NCBI GenBank assembly: GCA_050084985.1
Contig: JBITNC010000001.1
Location: 93,620,001-93,684,000 of the forward strand
From: Nageia nagi
Lineage: Eukaryota; Plantae; Pinophyta
Reading direction: 5' to 3'
Length of the DNA: 64,000 nt
Numbering within the stretch: position 1 is the first letter of the stretch; each line of letters opens with the position of its first letter. Position numbers and translations under genes: made by a program. The notes beneath the pieces were generated by a model. That model made no database searches. It had not been told where the DNA came from and saw nothing but the letters and a program-made list of their open reading frames with translations. Below are positions 11,982-26,195 of this stretch, piece by piece.

Positions 11982-13011
11982 AAACTGCTATGAAGAGGGT
12001 GCTTAGATATTTATGTGGTACAACTAATTTTTCAATTCATTATCAAAGAAATAGAAAGGAAAAATCCCTAGATATTGAGGGTTTTATTGATGCAGATTAG
12101 GAAGAAGATCTTGATGATAGAATATTTATGAGTGGCTATGTCTAGAATTTATTTGGAGGAGCCATTAAATTTGGATGAGTAAAAGATAAGTTGTTGTTTC
12201 CCTTTCAACTACTGAATTTGAAAACATGGTAGCCACTCATGCAAGCAAATAAGAAATATGGTTGTAGAGATTATGTGTTTATATTGGTTTTGCACAAGGA
12301 GTTGTGCAAGTGAATTGTGATATCTAAAGTTTTATATTCTTGGCTAAGAATCTTTCTTTCATTACATGAACTAAGCACATTGATGTATGTACTAGTTCAT
12401 CAAGGACATGATTGAATAGAAGAAAATATTGGTGAAAAACATGGACACAAAGGAAAATATTATTTATGCTTTGACCAAGGTGATTAGCATAGAGAAATTC
12501 ATGTGGTTCACAAGTGAGATGGGTTTAGGTAGCCCAAGTGTTAAAGAAAATATATTTTATAGTTTTTCTACAAAGTATTAAACAAGTGGAATAATGTTAC
12601 ATATAGATTATCCTTTGTAGAGAAAGTACTATACATCAAGACCCTACCTTGATGGAAAAATATTTTGGGGATTCACCTAAGATTCACCTATTTTCACATG
12701 GCACTAGTGAAATTTCCAAGGTTTTATCTTAGTGAAAGGATGGGTCATTTATCTAGTGGTTTTCTAATACCACATTATGGTATAGGGTTGAGGGTTTTCC
12801 TATATATTCATTATAATGATCTAATTGTGGTAGATTGTATTCATTGTAACCAATAATATAGATAGAGAAGAAGCTCTTGACATGCTATAGTAGCTCACAT
12901 TGGATGAACTAAGGTAAATCTTATGTGTTCCTTATATTGGTGAGATTTTTATGTTTTGATTAATTCATTTTTGCACTATACTTTCATAATATATTAAGAT
13001 AAGTCTCTTCA
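11982..13011 (+). mobile_element. 3' end of a Tnt1/Tork-like Ty1/copia (RT end, RNase H, PPT, 3' LTR 12595-13011)
   Basis: Translates as AMKRVLRYLCGT...GFIDAD...SLSTTE...KHIDV. The LTR TGTTAC...CTCTTCA matches the LTRs of the copia at 54942-61748 (reverse complement). Confidence 0.85.
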
Positions 13012-13979
13012 AGAGGGATTGAAAAAGAGGGAAATATTGTCTTCATCGATAATGAAGAAGATAGACAAAGACCCAAGGTCAACAACCAAATGGATCCCCT
13101 CACAAATAGACACGGAGGGATCATCTTTATCCACCATCAAAGAGCTTCTAGAACTTCCTTTCTAGATATAAATTGTAGATTTTGCACTACCCTTACCACC
13201 TCCACTACAAGATCCTTCTCTACCTCCATCAAGAAAACCATTACACCCTCTAAAAACTCTACTCGAATGATTCACAACCACCTTAAACACTTCAGAATGA
13301 AACCCTAGCATAGTCATTTCTTAAACTATAATCATCATCATCATCATCAATATGTTACGATAATAATTGATCAAAAACTAATTGACTAAATAATTTAATT
13401 AAGAAGATAATATTATTCCAAACAATATTGATCAAAATATATATCCCTTTTTTTAAAATTACTAAAATAATTTAACTAAAAAAAGTTCAAAATTTTGATT
13501 AAAAATATTATAAGATTAATCATATATTTTATAAATGAATATATATTCATATTTGAAAATATATATATTAATAAATTTTTTAATTTTTCAAACTAAATTT
13601 TTTTCTTACAATTAATAATATAATTTATGTACAAATTATCAACAAACATAATAATAACAAATACTTAAGAATAACTAAGAAATTTATATAATAATCAATA
13701 TTAGTTATTTTATTTTCATTAATAAATTAATTAAAAAAATTTAAATAAATATTTTTTTAGAAATAAAAAAGAGAAATGGGGAATTATTCCCCACTCCCCA
13801 CACTTCCTTCAAAAGCAATACATGGCCCTTAGAAGAAATGTAACCAAAAAAACCAAATGGTAAGGGTGGCAAGCACAACAATAAAGGTTTTTGGTTCAAA
13901 TCTAGCAACCACACCTTTACAAGTTTGAATATTTCTATTATAAAATTAATTAACTTATGGTTGGTGCAATGTGGCACCA

Positions 13980-14883
13980 TGAATGGTGTGGCATATGTGA
14001 TGATGTGGCACCACTAGTGATGTGGCATACTAAATTATGATGATGTGGTGATGGTGGGAGATGATGATGTAGTGGATATAATTACATGGCTAATATGATG
14101 ATGTGATAAGTGGTGATGATGTGCACGATATGATAATGTGGTAGGCGGTGATGACATGATTTAGATGGCGATAATGACATGAAGAATATAATGATATGAA
14201 GAATATGATGAGATGAAGGAAAATGATAACTTAGTGGGAGATGATGATGTGGTAGGAGATGATGACATGGCCTATATGATGTTATGGAAAATATGATGAT
14301 GTGGTGGGAGATGAGGATGTGGTGGGTGATGATGATGTGTCCCATATGATTTCATGGCCTATATGATGATGTGGGTAATATGATTATATGTCCCATATGA
14401 TGATGTGGTAGGCAATGAGGATGTGGTGAATATGATGACATGGTAGGCCATGATGATAGGATCGATGATGGTGATGGGGTTAGTGATGATGTCATGATGG
14501 GTGAATATGATGGCAAGTGAATATGATGACATGGAGGGCCATGATAACAATATTATTTATGGTGATATGGTGGGGGAATATGATGATGTGGTAGTAGGTG
14601 ATGATGATGTGGAAGGAGATGATGATGTGGTTGATGATGACATGGTATCGATGATGATGTGATAAATATGATGATGTGGTAGGTGATGATGATGTAATAG
14701 GAAATGATGATTTGGTAGGTGATGATGATGTGGTGAGTGATGATGATATGGTGGATGATGATGACATACTAGATAGTGATGATGTGGATGATGACATGAT
14801 GAATATGCTGACATGGTGGATGATGATGATTTGATGGTCAATGATGATATGGTAATCAATGATGATATGGTGAATATGATGAC
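13980..14883. repeat. Degenerate GATGATGTGG / GATGACATGG minisatellite (left part)
   Basis: Dense repeats of ATGATGATGTGG and (GA)ATATGATGACATGG. The His/Ser/Ile-rich ORFs here are by-products. Confidence 0.9.
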
Positions 14884-17800
14884 TAATGGAATTAAAGGAT
14901 TCCAAATAACCAATATCTCCTTAAATTTTCTCCAACAAGAATGTGTCATTCATCCATCTAGCAAAGTAAAAAATAATCACATAAAAGATAACACATAATG
15001 TGTAATGGTTCCTCAAAATCTTGGAAGTTCATCCACTTTGAACCATCATTCTTTTTCTTCTCACAAGATAACTCTCCTACAAATTCTTAACAAATCTCCT
15101 ACAAGATCATCTCTATAAGAAAAGCATTACCATGCTTTATCAAGTTAGATCAAATTACAAAATGATAGGAGTACATCTCTATTTATAAGAAGAAATATAC
15201 CTTTTAACTTTCTTTTTACCCAAGGGTAAGGTTAAAGGTATTTCTATATTTATTCCTATTTCTATCTTTATTCTTTTAATGCTTTAAAGGTATATAAAGA
15301 TACTTTAATCATTAAGTGAATTTATATTGAAAAAATATAACACTATAAATATTACATAATATTACATTACAATTTCTAACATTTTCCCTTAATGCAATAT
15401 TGGGTAGAGGGTCAAAAAGACAAAGAGAAATAGTAAGAGAAAGTTCTCCTCCAAAGAGATACAAGTGAAGGATAAAAAATTTTACATCTTTGAGAAAGTA
15501 ATAGAATATAGATGGTTCTACAATGGCTCAACTACTTAACTATTTTAACAAATGGTTTTACAATACAATCATTAACCAAAAAATAATTTTTTTGTAAAAG
15601 AGTAGTCATTTAACAACATGTTGATAAGATGAGCCTCCATGTGCTTGCATACCCAAAGTCACATACAATCTCAAAAAGAAACCTGCAAGCTACAAGTAGA
15701 TCATAAATAAGATCAATTAGATACATTATATATACTCATATAAGATATATGTCATCCATAAACTAATCAAAAGATACCAAGTCATCAAATATACATAATA
15801 CCAAAGATAGCATACAATATCAACTATATATCACATGTGCATACTAAAAAGTACCAACCATAACATGATATCAACAATATCATAAAAGCACAAACTATCA
15901 AATGCCTAATCAACCAAATGATATAAATGCATTCTCAAAAAAAATTGATTTTTGATTTTTGTGTTTGTTTATTTTATTATGTATTTGTTGAGGGTACATA
16001 AACATGTCATCACACCATAATATTTCATAATTTTAATTCTCCACCTTGATGACAACTTCATCAAACAAATACTTATGTGACCATGATAGCTTAACCATGT
16101 CACAAATGGTTAAAAAGTAATATAACTAAACCACAAGTTTAGATTTTTAAGCCATAAATGCTAACATGACCAAACACAAATCCAAGATTTATAAGAAAAA
16201 GCATAAGCCACAACTAAAATAAACTTGACTTTACCAAGAGTGAGTCAAGATGCCACAGTAAATAAACTTGACTTTACCAAAAGTGAGTCAATATACCATC
16301 ATAACCATGCTACTAGTTAAGATGAATATGATAGAAAAAGATAGAATTCATTCAACAAGGATGCAATTTTCCATAAAAGATTTTAATGTAGGATAAGGGT
16401 GAACCTTTTAACCACTCCATCCACTACAAGTTTCTAACAAATAGTAGAGTGGCAATCAATCCATCATCATGGATATAACTTCCCAACATGGAAGTAAAAT
16501 GTGGTAGACAGTGCTCTATAAGTCATCATGAAGATGACAAGCCAATACTTATAGTCACAACCATATAAAAAAAATTATGTTTGGATTTGATCTATCAACA
16601 TGGAAGTAAATAAACATGGCACAATCCATCAATATGGATATTCTTCCAAAACATGGAAGTATACTTAGATTTTACTCCCCCTTAAGGATAACTTCATAAA
16701 AATTGAAGCATATTACACAGCTCTACAAAAAATGTAGAGAGGAATTTATATTTTCCAAAGTTACTTGTACACTTCCTTTCCAAAGCAAAATTAATATTGC
16801 ATTATTAATATCCTCAATAAGCCTAATGGAGAAATTTTAAAAATATTTCACTCCAACAAGTATATTAACCAAGGTGCATAAGCAAAAAATTAGGGATTAA
16901 TGCACAACAATTCCAATGTTGAATAAGTTTACAAACTCTACTCAACTAGTATGTGTGCAAAACCACAAAAAATAATCCAACTAGAATACAAAAAATATGC
17001 ACAATCAACAAAGATAGTAATGTTTGAAGAAAGTTTACACAAACTTATCACTTCAAATAATGTGCATAACAAAATTAATTTTAGAAGTTAAACTTTCATA
17101 TCATCTATTGATATAACAAATGTGTAGATATACATAAATATCAATTCATTGTTCAATGCACATAATAAATCTTTATGCAATATAAATTAATCTTAATTTG
17201 CAACCTAAGGATAGTGCATAAAAAATTAAACAAATTGTCATAATGTACATTCATAAGTTTTCATTTTAACAATGTGCAAATTTAATTATCAATATATTGA
17301 ATATTAATAATTTATCAAATAAATTGATTTTTATTTGTCCAATGTTGAAAGAATTTGTAAGTAATGGTTGCAACTAACTGCTTTAATTAACTTTGATTAT
17401 TTTTAAAAAATATCATCAAGGCATATAATTTGCAAATTACCATAGTAATTTTTCTAACTTGGATTAAATAAACTATCCAAAGTTTTAATCAAATATTTGA
17501 TACTTAACAATTACTATATTTGCAACATTATTAAAAAGCTACTAAAGCTATTAAAAAATATATATCAAAGTTATAATTCTTGTATAGGATATCCACTATT
17601 TAAAAAATATGTTCATATCACTTTTAAATAAAATATCAATTTGCATTTGCAAATTAATAAAAAAGAGACCATGGTTTAAAATGGGCATTAGATGACTTAA
17701 ATTTTTCAAACTCTCATCTCTTAAAAAAATTCACTCTTTTTGGTTTAAAAAACATACTTTTTATAACAAATAGTGCTTAAAAAACATGCCCCTTTAAAAA

Positions 17801-19466
17801 AAAAATCCTTATTTCTATAAAAAGATATCATTTAATATAATGGTCTATAAAAAATTCCTCCCTGTCTAAAAATAATATCCTTAGTTGATTTTAAACTAAG
17901 AGGATTTAGAGGAGAGAAGGAGTGACATTGGGTGCAAAACCAAACCTTGTACCTTTTTTCAGTAAGTTGGATAGATGGAAAAGAAATCATAGGCCCTATA
18001 GAGGGCATTTGACCTTGAGAAGAGGTGGGGATCAGTAGGGTGACCAGAGCCTAGTTGCATGCCACATGAGAGAAGGGGTTGTAGCCCCACATGGTGGTTT
18101 ATCCTCCCCTGGAAGGCTATGGCTCCTCATGGGAATTGCTCCTCACTTGGGATATGGTGGCCCCTTATAGCTTCCAAGGCCCCTTGGGGTTGACATGACC
18201 CTGCAAGGTACGTGTCCCCTTGGGGCCAACATGACCTCTGCAAAGGTCTGTGCTCCCCTTACAGGGTATATGCCCCCTTGGGTTACTTTTATTTTTCTTT
18301 TCTTTTAAGAAAAAAAAATTAATTTTTATTATATAAAAAAACTTAAAATTATTTTTTTAATTAAAAAAATTCTATTTTAATTTTAAAAAAACCATGAAAT
18401 TATTTTTCCTTTTTTTAAAAAATTGCAATTACAAAAAATTGCAACTAAAAAAATAGAATTTTTTTCTACTTTTTTTTAAACAAATTTTGCATGCATGTAA
18501 TCATGAATGAAATTTAATTTTTACAAATATTTTGTAAAAAAAATTGTGTAATAGCATTATAGTTATTTTGTATAGACTAAAAATTTCAAGATTTTTAATT
18601 ATTTCTATACTAAATAGAAACTTGTAATTTTAAGCTATAACAATCCATTTGAGAAAATTTACTCAAAATTTTGCATACTATTACTACACATTAAATAATT
18701 TTATTAAATTTGCAACTAACAAATTGTTAGTAAAAAAAAATAATGCATAGTAAAAAATTGAACTAACATGTTCTTTAATCAAATTTTGCTAGACTTAAGC
18801 TCATCATCAAGAAACCAAAAGAGGTTAAGTATTAAAGCAAAAATTTGACAAGAAGAGGTAAATTATACCTTCAAACCCTTTTACCTCAACTCTTGATGGA
18901 GAGAAAAGAGAAATGGACCTTCAAGGTTGTTGAAGTGGAGAATCCAAAAATGGCTCTGATACCACATGATGGAATTGAAGGATTCCAAATAACTAAGATC
19001 TCCTTGAATTTTCTCCAACAATAATTTGTCATTATTCCATCTAGCAAAGTAAGAAATAATCACATAAGAGATAACACACAATGTATAGTGGTTCCTCCAA
19101 CTCTTAGGAGTACATCCACTTTAAACCATAATTCTATTACTTCTCATAAGATAACTCTCCTACAAATTTTCAACAAAGCTTTTACAAGAGCATCTCTATA
19201 AGACAAGCATTACCATGTTTTATCAAGTTAGATCAAGTTACATAATAAAAGGAGTACCTCTCTATTTATAAGAAGAAACCTACACTTTAACGTTCTTTTT
19301 ACCCAAGTGTAAGGTTAAAGGTGTTTCTATATTTATTCATCTTTCTATTTTTATTCTCTTAATACATTAAAGGTATATAAAGATGCTTTAAGCATTAAGT
19401 GAATTTATATTAAAGAGAAATATAACACTATGAATATTACACAATATTACATTACAATTTCCAACA
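14884..19466 (-). mobile_element. Non-autonomous, non-coding LTR element (LARD-like) related to the copia at 22716
   Basis: LTRs at 14884-15381 and 18967-19466, PBS-Met TGGTATCAGAGCCA (18951-18964), PPT next to 15382 and TSD ATGAC/GTGAC. The 5' leader and 3' UTR match those of the 22716-30582 element. No pol motifs are seen. Confidence 0.85.
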
Positions 19467-21130
19467 GTGACATGGTAGGTGATGATGATGTGGTGATTGA
19501 TGATGATATGGTAGTCAATGATGATATGGTGGTTGATTTTGATGTGGCAATAAATGATGATATGGTGGTCAATGATGACATAGCAGGTAATGATGATGTG
19601 GTGAATATGATGATGCAATGAATATGATAACATGAAGAATATGATGATGTAGTGAATATGATGACACGATGAATGTGATTATGTGGTTAGTATGATGAGT
19701 ATGATGAGGTGATAGGAGATGATGATGTGGTGGGTGATGATGATGTGGTGAATATAATGATGCAATGAATATGATGATGTAGCAAATATGATGACATGGC
19801 AAGTGATGATGATATGGTGGGTGATGATGATGTGGTAGATATGATGCTGTATGATGACTTGGCAAATATGATGAGTTGGTGGGTGATGATTATATAGAAA
19901 ATATTTTGATATTAAAAATATGATGATGTGGTGAATATGATATCATAATAAATATGATTATGTGATGAATCTAATGATGTGATGAATCTTATGATGTGAA
20001 AAATATGATGATATGGTAAATATGATGATATAACGAATTTGATGACATGATGAATATGATGACATGGTAAATATGATGATGTGATGAATATGATGACATG
20101 GTGAATATGATGACATAGCAAATATGATGATATGATGGGTGATGATGATGTGGTAGGCAATGATGATATGATAGGCAATGATGACATGATGAGTATGATG
20201 ATATAGAAGGCAATTATGATATAATGACTATGATGATGTGGTAGGTGATGATGACACGGTGAATATGATGATGTGGTAGGTGATGATGACATGGTGAATA
20301 TGATGATGTGGTGGGAGATGATGATGTTATGAATATGATGATGTGGAGAATATGATGATATGATCAACAATGATGAATGACATGGAGAATATGATGATGA
20401 GAATAATATGATGACATGGTAGGAGATAATGACATGGTAGGAGATGATGATGTGGTGAATATGAGGATGTGATCGATGATGAGGATGTGATCAACAATGA
20501 TGATGTGGAGAATATGATTATGTGAAGAATATTATCATATAGATAATATGATGATGTGGTGAATATGATGACATGGTGAGAGATATTGACATAGAAAATA
20601 TGATGACATGATAGGCAATGATGACATGATGAGTATGATGATGTAGCAAGCAATGATGACATGAAAAATATGATGATGTGGAAAATATGATGATGTGGAG
20701 AATATGATGATATGGATGATATAATTACATGGTGAATATTATGACATGGATAATATGATGATATGTTGGATATGATGATGCGAAAAATATGATGACATGG
20801 TGAATATGATGATGTAGTGAATATGATGATGTGGAAGCAAGGGTGATGTGGTGAATATGATGACATGGTATCAATGGTGATGTGGTGGTAAGGGTGACAT
20901 GGTTAATATGATGACATGGAGAAAATGATGATGTGGCAACAAGGATGATATGGTGATGAGGGTGACATGGTAGATATGATGACATGGAGATGAGGTTGAC
21001 ATGGTAGATATGATGACTTGGTGATGAGGGTTACATGGTAGATATGATGATATGATAAATAATATGGCATGGAAATGAGGATGATGTGGCAATGAGGATG
21101 ACATGGAAAATGGATGATGTGGTAGGACAT
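19467..21130. repeat. Degenerate GATGATGTGG / GATGACATGG minisatellite (right part)
   Basis: Same units as 13980-14883, resuming immediately after the inserted LTR element. Confidence 0.9.
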
Positions 21131-21664
21131 GCTACTTTTAAACAAGTGACATGTGGCAACATAGATCTCACTTACATGGAAAATTGGGACCCTCACAAAA
21201 TAACAAAAAATTTAAAATGTCAAAACTTTTAAAATATAAATCCATTTTAAGTAATTCAAATTACACTAGAAAGAAATTGACATGAATTTTTTGAATTTTA
21301 TATCAAAATATTGAAACAAAAATTTTAAAATTTTAGATTTTTGGTAGGTAAGATGCTGCAAGATGACATGGCAAGGTGGGATCCACCAAAAATTGAAATG
21401 ATCATAACTTTTGTGTTATTGCCTTGATTTTGACAATTCAAAATGTATTGGAAAGATCTCAGAAATTGATATCCAAAAAATTCATAAAATTTTAGTTTTG
21501 ATAACTTTGAAATTTGACATATATTTAATGTATATACACCCAAATTTCAAGAGCACATATCTTGATCAAAATAACTTAGATTTTGATGATTCCAATTGTA
21601 TTTTGAAAATCTCAATAATTAGATTTCAAATATATAAAAAGATTTAATTTTGATATCCTAAAAA

Positions 21665-22650
21665 ATTATTGAATAACACAAAAAAATTCATAATGCATGT
21701 ACCTAATTTTGAATATTTGTTTGTGGGTATCTAACTCCTTTATTCTCAATTGATGGTTATCAAATATAAAATAAATATTTAAAAATATTATAGCATCTTT
21801 TAGTTGATCAAATATATCATTTATTTCATGTAATGAGTATATATTTTCTATATTGAACTTGCTAATTATATTAAATCAATAATTTATTTGAGGTAATGAG
21901 TATCTATTGTTGATAGTGACCTTATTAAGCATTATATAATCTAGACATAACCTCAAAGTTCCACCCTTTTTATTTACAAGTAACATAGGACATATTGCTA
22001 ATAGACACTTGGTTTTATTAACCCTTTCTCTAAAAAATACCTTCATTGTACCTTAAGTTCCTACACCTTGATTATTATCATTTGATATAGAGTACTTGAT
22101 GTATATTCTACCCTTAGAACTAGTTCGATTGAGAAATTAAATTCTTACTAAGGGCATATTCTTGTTAACCCCTTACAAAACACATGCCAATAATTTTACA
22201 ATAGTATCCATATTAAGAATAACCATTTTTCATCATATTTTTATTCCTTCTTATTAATTTAATTTACAACATGCATAAGTCCCCTTTTCAAACAACTCTT
22301 TTCAACTATAAGGAAATTTTTAACTAAGGTTAGAAGACCTTCTACTTGTTGAATAGTATCTATATAACTAAGCCTTTAATCAAGAATTTTAACCATCTCT
22401 CATGCAAATCTCCCTATGCTTTATGCTTTCATAACCAACCATGCCTAAAACTAAATCAAAAGAGTGCATAGGTGCTACATAAAGGTCACACTTTACAGTT
22501 CCCTCAAGAAGGAATATCTATACCTCTTTCAAACACTTGGTTACTAGAGATGCTTACATAAATATTGCACATATTGAATCATATATTTTGGATTACACAA
22601 GTCAATTATGTCCTCCTATCCTATAGATTTTAATCTTGTATATGAAAATT
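21665..22650 (-). pseudogene. Ty3/gypsy (chromovirus/Tekay-like) protease-RT relic
   Basis: Minus translation gives CDLYVAPMHSFDLVLGM (protease end), [36 protein letters not shown] and DIFDQLKDA..HQLRIKELDTHK..RYMHYEF. Confidence 0.8.
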
Positions 22651-23719
22651 CAATAGTAAAGGTCCTTTTGTAGGATCATGTTTCATCAAAATTCTTGATA
22701 ATCTTGTCGATTATATGTTAGAATTTGTAATGTAATATTATGTAATAATTCTCTTTAATGTAAATTCACTTAATGCTTAAAGTATCTTTAGATATCTTAA
22801 AGAATTAAGGGAATAAAAATATAAAAGGGGTTAAATATAGAAAGGAGATTAAATATAGAAATATCTTTAACCATACCCTTGGCTTAAAGGGAGGTTAAAG
22901 AGTGGGTTTCTTCTTATAAACAGAGAGGTACTCCCCCTCTTGTATTATACAACATAGAAACAAGCTTTGCTATAGGTTTAGGGTTTGGAAAGAGATGAGA
23001 GATTCTATAAGAGAGGTCTTTGAGAATAAAAAGATCTTAGTTAGTGTATGTGCTCTTAAAGAGGGAGGAACCATTTATATCTTATGTTCATTATGAGATT
23101 GGTTTGTGTTATTGTGCTATTGTGTTGATGTTGTGAGTGTCTTCTTGAGATCTTGGTAGATTAGAAGTTAATTTAGAAAAGGTTAATTTCATTAAGTGGT
23201 ATTAGAGCCATTCTTGGAGGATTATCTTCAACATTCTTGAAGGTCCATTCCTATTCTTTCTCCATATACTTTGTTGATGTAAAAAAAGCTTGAAAGTATA
23301 ATCTACCTCCTATCATATTCTTTGTCAAATTTTGCCTATATTACTAAACATTTTGGTTCTTTGATTATAAAATCATTTTAGCAAAATTTATTCAAAGTAA
23401 TATATCATTGTTATTTTGTTATACTAACATGTTAGTACAATTTTTATGTTATTGCTATGCATTATTTTTTACTAACAATAGTTTGTTAGTTGCAATTTTT
23501 TTAAGTAAAATTGTTTAATATGTAGCAATAATATGTTAATTGCAAATTTTAAATAAATTTGTTTAAATATAGCAATAATATGTTATTATATCTAAAATTT
23601 GCAAGTTTCTAGTTAGTGTAGTTATGGTTAAAAGTATTACAATTTTTTTACTATAATGTTATTATTGTAATATTATTTTTACAATCCTAATATGTTTGTA
23701 GAAATAAAATTACATACAA

Positions 23720-24165
23720 TTACATGCATGCATTTTTTAAAAATATATTACATATATGCATTTTTTAAATATATTACATGCATGCATTTTTTAGAGAGCT
23801 TTATATTACATGCATGCATTTTTCAAAAATAAAAATTACATGCATGCATTTTTTAGAGCTTTATATTACATATATGCATTTTTTTTAAATAAAAATCATG
23901 CATGAATTCTTTATAGAGCTTTATATTACATGCATGCATTTTTTTTAAATAAAAATTAGATGCATGCATTTTTTAGAGAGCTTTATATTACATGCATGCA
24001 TTTTTAAAAAATAAAAATTGCATGCATGCATTTTTTAGAGAGCTTCATATAACATGCATGCATTTTTTAGAGAGCTTTATATTACATGCATGCATTTTTT
24101 AAAAATAAAAAATACATGCATGGATGCATTTTTTAAAAATAAAAAATACATGCATGCATGCATTA
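23720..24165. repeat. Array of TTACATGCATGCATTTTT units (RY-like CATGCATG)
   Basis: About 14 copies spaced ~30 bp apart, alternating with AGAGCTTTATA and AAAAATAAAA linkers, followed by (TA)n. Confidence 0.9.
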
Positions 24166-25684
24166 TATATATATATATATATATATAGGGGAAAAAATAG
24201 TATGATCTAAAGGTTGCATTAATTGCCATTTAAAGTGTAAAGTTTTTTTTAGGCTAATTTTTTTTTAACTCCTTATGGGCAATTTTTTAAGGTTAATATT
24301 TCTTTATTTGCTAAATTATAATTTTACCTTAATGCAAATTATAATAAGGGACTTTATTAATCATGTATTTAATACAAAAAAGGAGGAAACTTTTTATGAA
24401 TGCATGGTTAATATTCTATTTTCATGCATGATTATTGCTATTATACACACATGTGTATGGATAAAATTTATTTTTACATAGTTTAATATTCTATCTTAAT
24501 GCATGATTATTGCTATGTAGATTAAAAAAATCAAATGCATGGTTTAATATTTTATCCTAATACATGATTATTTTTATATGGATAAAAAAATTAAAATGCA
24601 TGGTTTAATATTTTATCCTAATGCATGTAGATGGATGAAAGTTCTCTTGAATATTTTTTCTATGAATTTTTTAATCATAAATTATAAATAAAGAATTATT
24701 TTAAGTCCAATTTTTAAGTAACAAAGGGTAGAATTCCTCAATTTTTGATAATGAACCTTTGTATAAAGATCCATTAGAGGTTGTAACAAAACCCCATTAG
24801 ACTCTTAGGCTCATTTGTTGTTACTTAAAATTAATGAACCTTTGTAAAGAGATCCATTAGGGGTTGTAACAAAATCTATTGGACTCTTTGGCTCATACAT
24901 ATTGTTGATGTTGGTTGTAGTTTCATGTTTAAAGCATTTTATTATTTTGCACTTTTATTTTATATACAAAAGTACATAAACATTGAAAATTGCTTCCCCT
25001 AATATGAACACATTCGCACATTTATTCTACATGACATGTTTGGGGAGCTATGAGGTGAGGATAAGGTAGACTGCATCCTTTTAATCTGATGATCTAAGTG
25101 GTGAAAATTATTTACTTCTTAATTACCCCTAAATCCTTTGTTGTTTTGTATTTAACTCCATATAAGTGGACAGGCATGTGTGTAGTGATACCACATGTCC
25201 ACCCATCCATTTAGGGATTATCTTGATAGCCTAAGAGAAAAATTGAAAATTTAATCAAGATAATTAATTTGATCAATCCAACATATGCCATAACCTTGAA
25301 AAATAGCTATTACTTCTCCTTATGAGAGTATATTGTTGCCTAATGCAAATCAGTTGAAGATTGGTAGCTAAGATTCAGGTGAAGGCCTAATTTATAAGAA
25401 AACAACCTCAACTATACTCTTCCTTGAGTGATATTTGGTGATGATAAAATGTTAGATATATAGATATTTGATTATGCACATGTTGATTATATTTATTCAT
25501 ATAAATATTAAGTTTGCAACAATGATGCAAATATTTTATACAAATGATCATTTTTTTATGGATGGTGATGAAAATATGCATATCAAGTTATATAATTATG
25601 AATTTTTTCTTTTAACCTTGGTTAGATGAAAACTCTTGCTAAATAATGATAGCACACTTGTTGATATCCATAGTTACAAATTTA

Positions 25685-26195
25685 ATGAAATGGTTAAAAA
25701 GGTTCACCCTTCTCCATGGTTGAGAATTTGATGGAGTGGTTAAAAAGGTTTGCTCTTATCTGTGGTTGAAAATTGGATGGAGTGGTTAAAAAGGTTCATC
25801 CTTCTCTATGGTTGAAAATTAGATGGAGTGGCTAAAAAGGTTCATCCTTCTTAATGGTTAAAAATTTGATGGAGTGGTTAAAAAGGTTCACCCTTCTCCA
25901 TTCTTAAAAATTTGATAGAGTGGTTAAAAAGGTTTGCCCTTCTCCATGGTTGAAAATTTGATGGAGTGGTTAAAAAGGTTTTCCCTTTTTCATAGTTGAA
26001 AATTTGATGGAGTGGTTAAAAATATTCACTCTTCTCCATGGTTGAAAATTTGATGGACTAGTTAAAAAAGTTCGCCCTTCTCTATGGTTGAAATTTTGAT
26101 AGAGAGGTTAAAAAGGTTCACCCTTATACATGGTTGAAAATTTGATGGAGTGGTTAAAAAGGTTCATCTTTCTCCATAATTGAAAAGGTTCACCT
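25685..26195. repeat. 46-bp tandem repeat (~11 copies)
   Basis: Unit is TTGATGGAGTGGTTAAAAAGGTTCACCCTTCTCCATGGTTGAAAAT, with no spacers. Confidence 0.95.

Noticed and set aside
14082-21196. Many His/Ser/Ile-rich and Asp/Met-rich ORFs
   Set aside because: They are overlapping translations of the GATGAT minisatellite in several frames, not genes.
25685-26195. CRISPR-like array
   Set aside because: Head-to-tail repeats with no unique spacers, inside a plant retrotransposon, and no cas genes.
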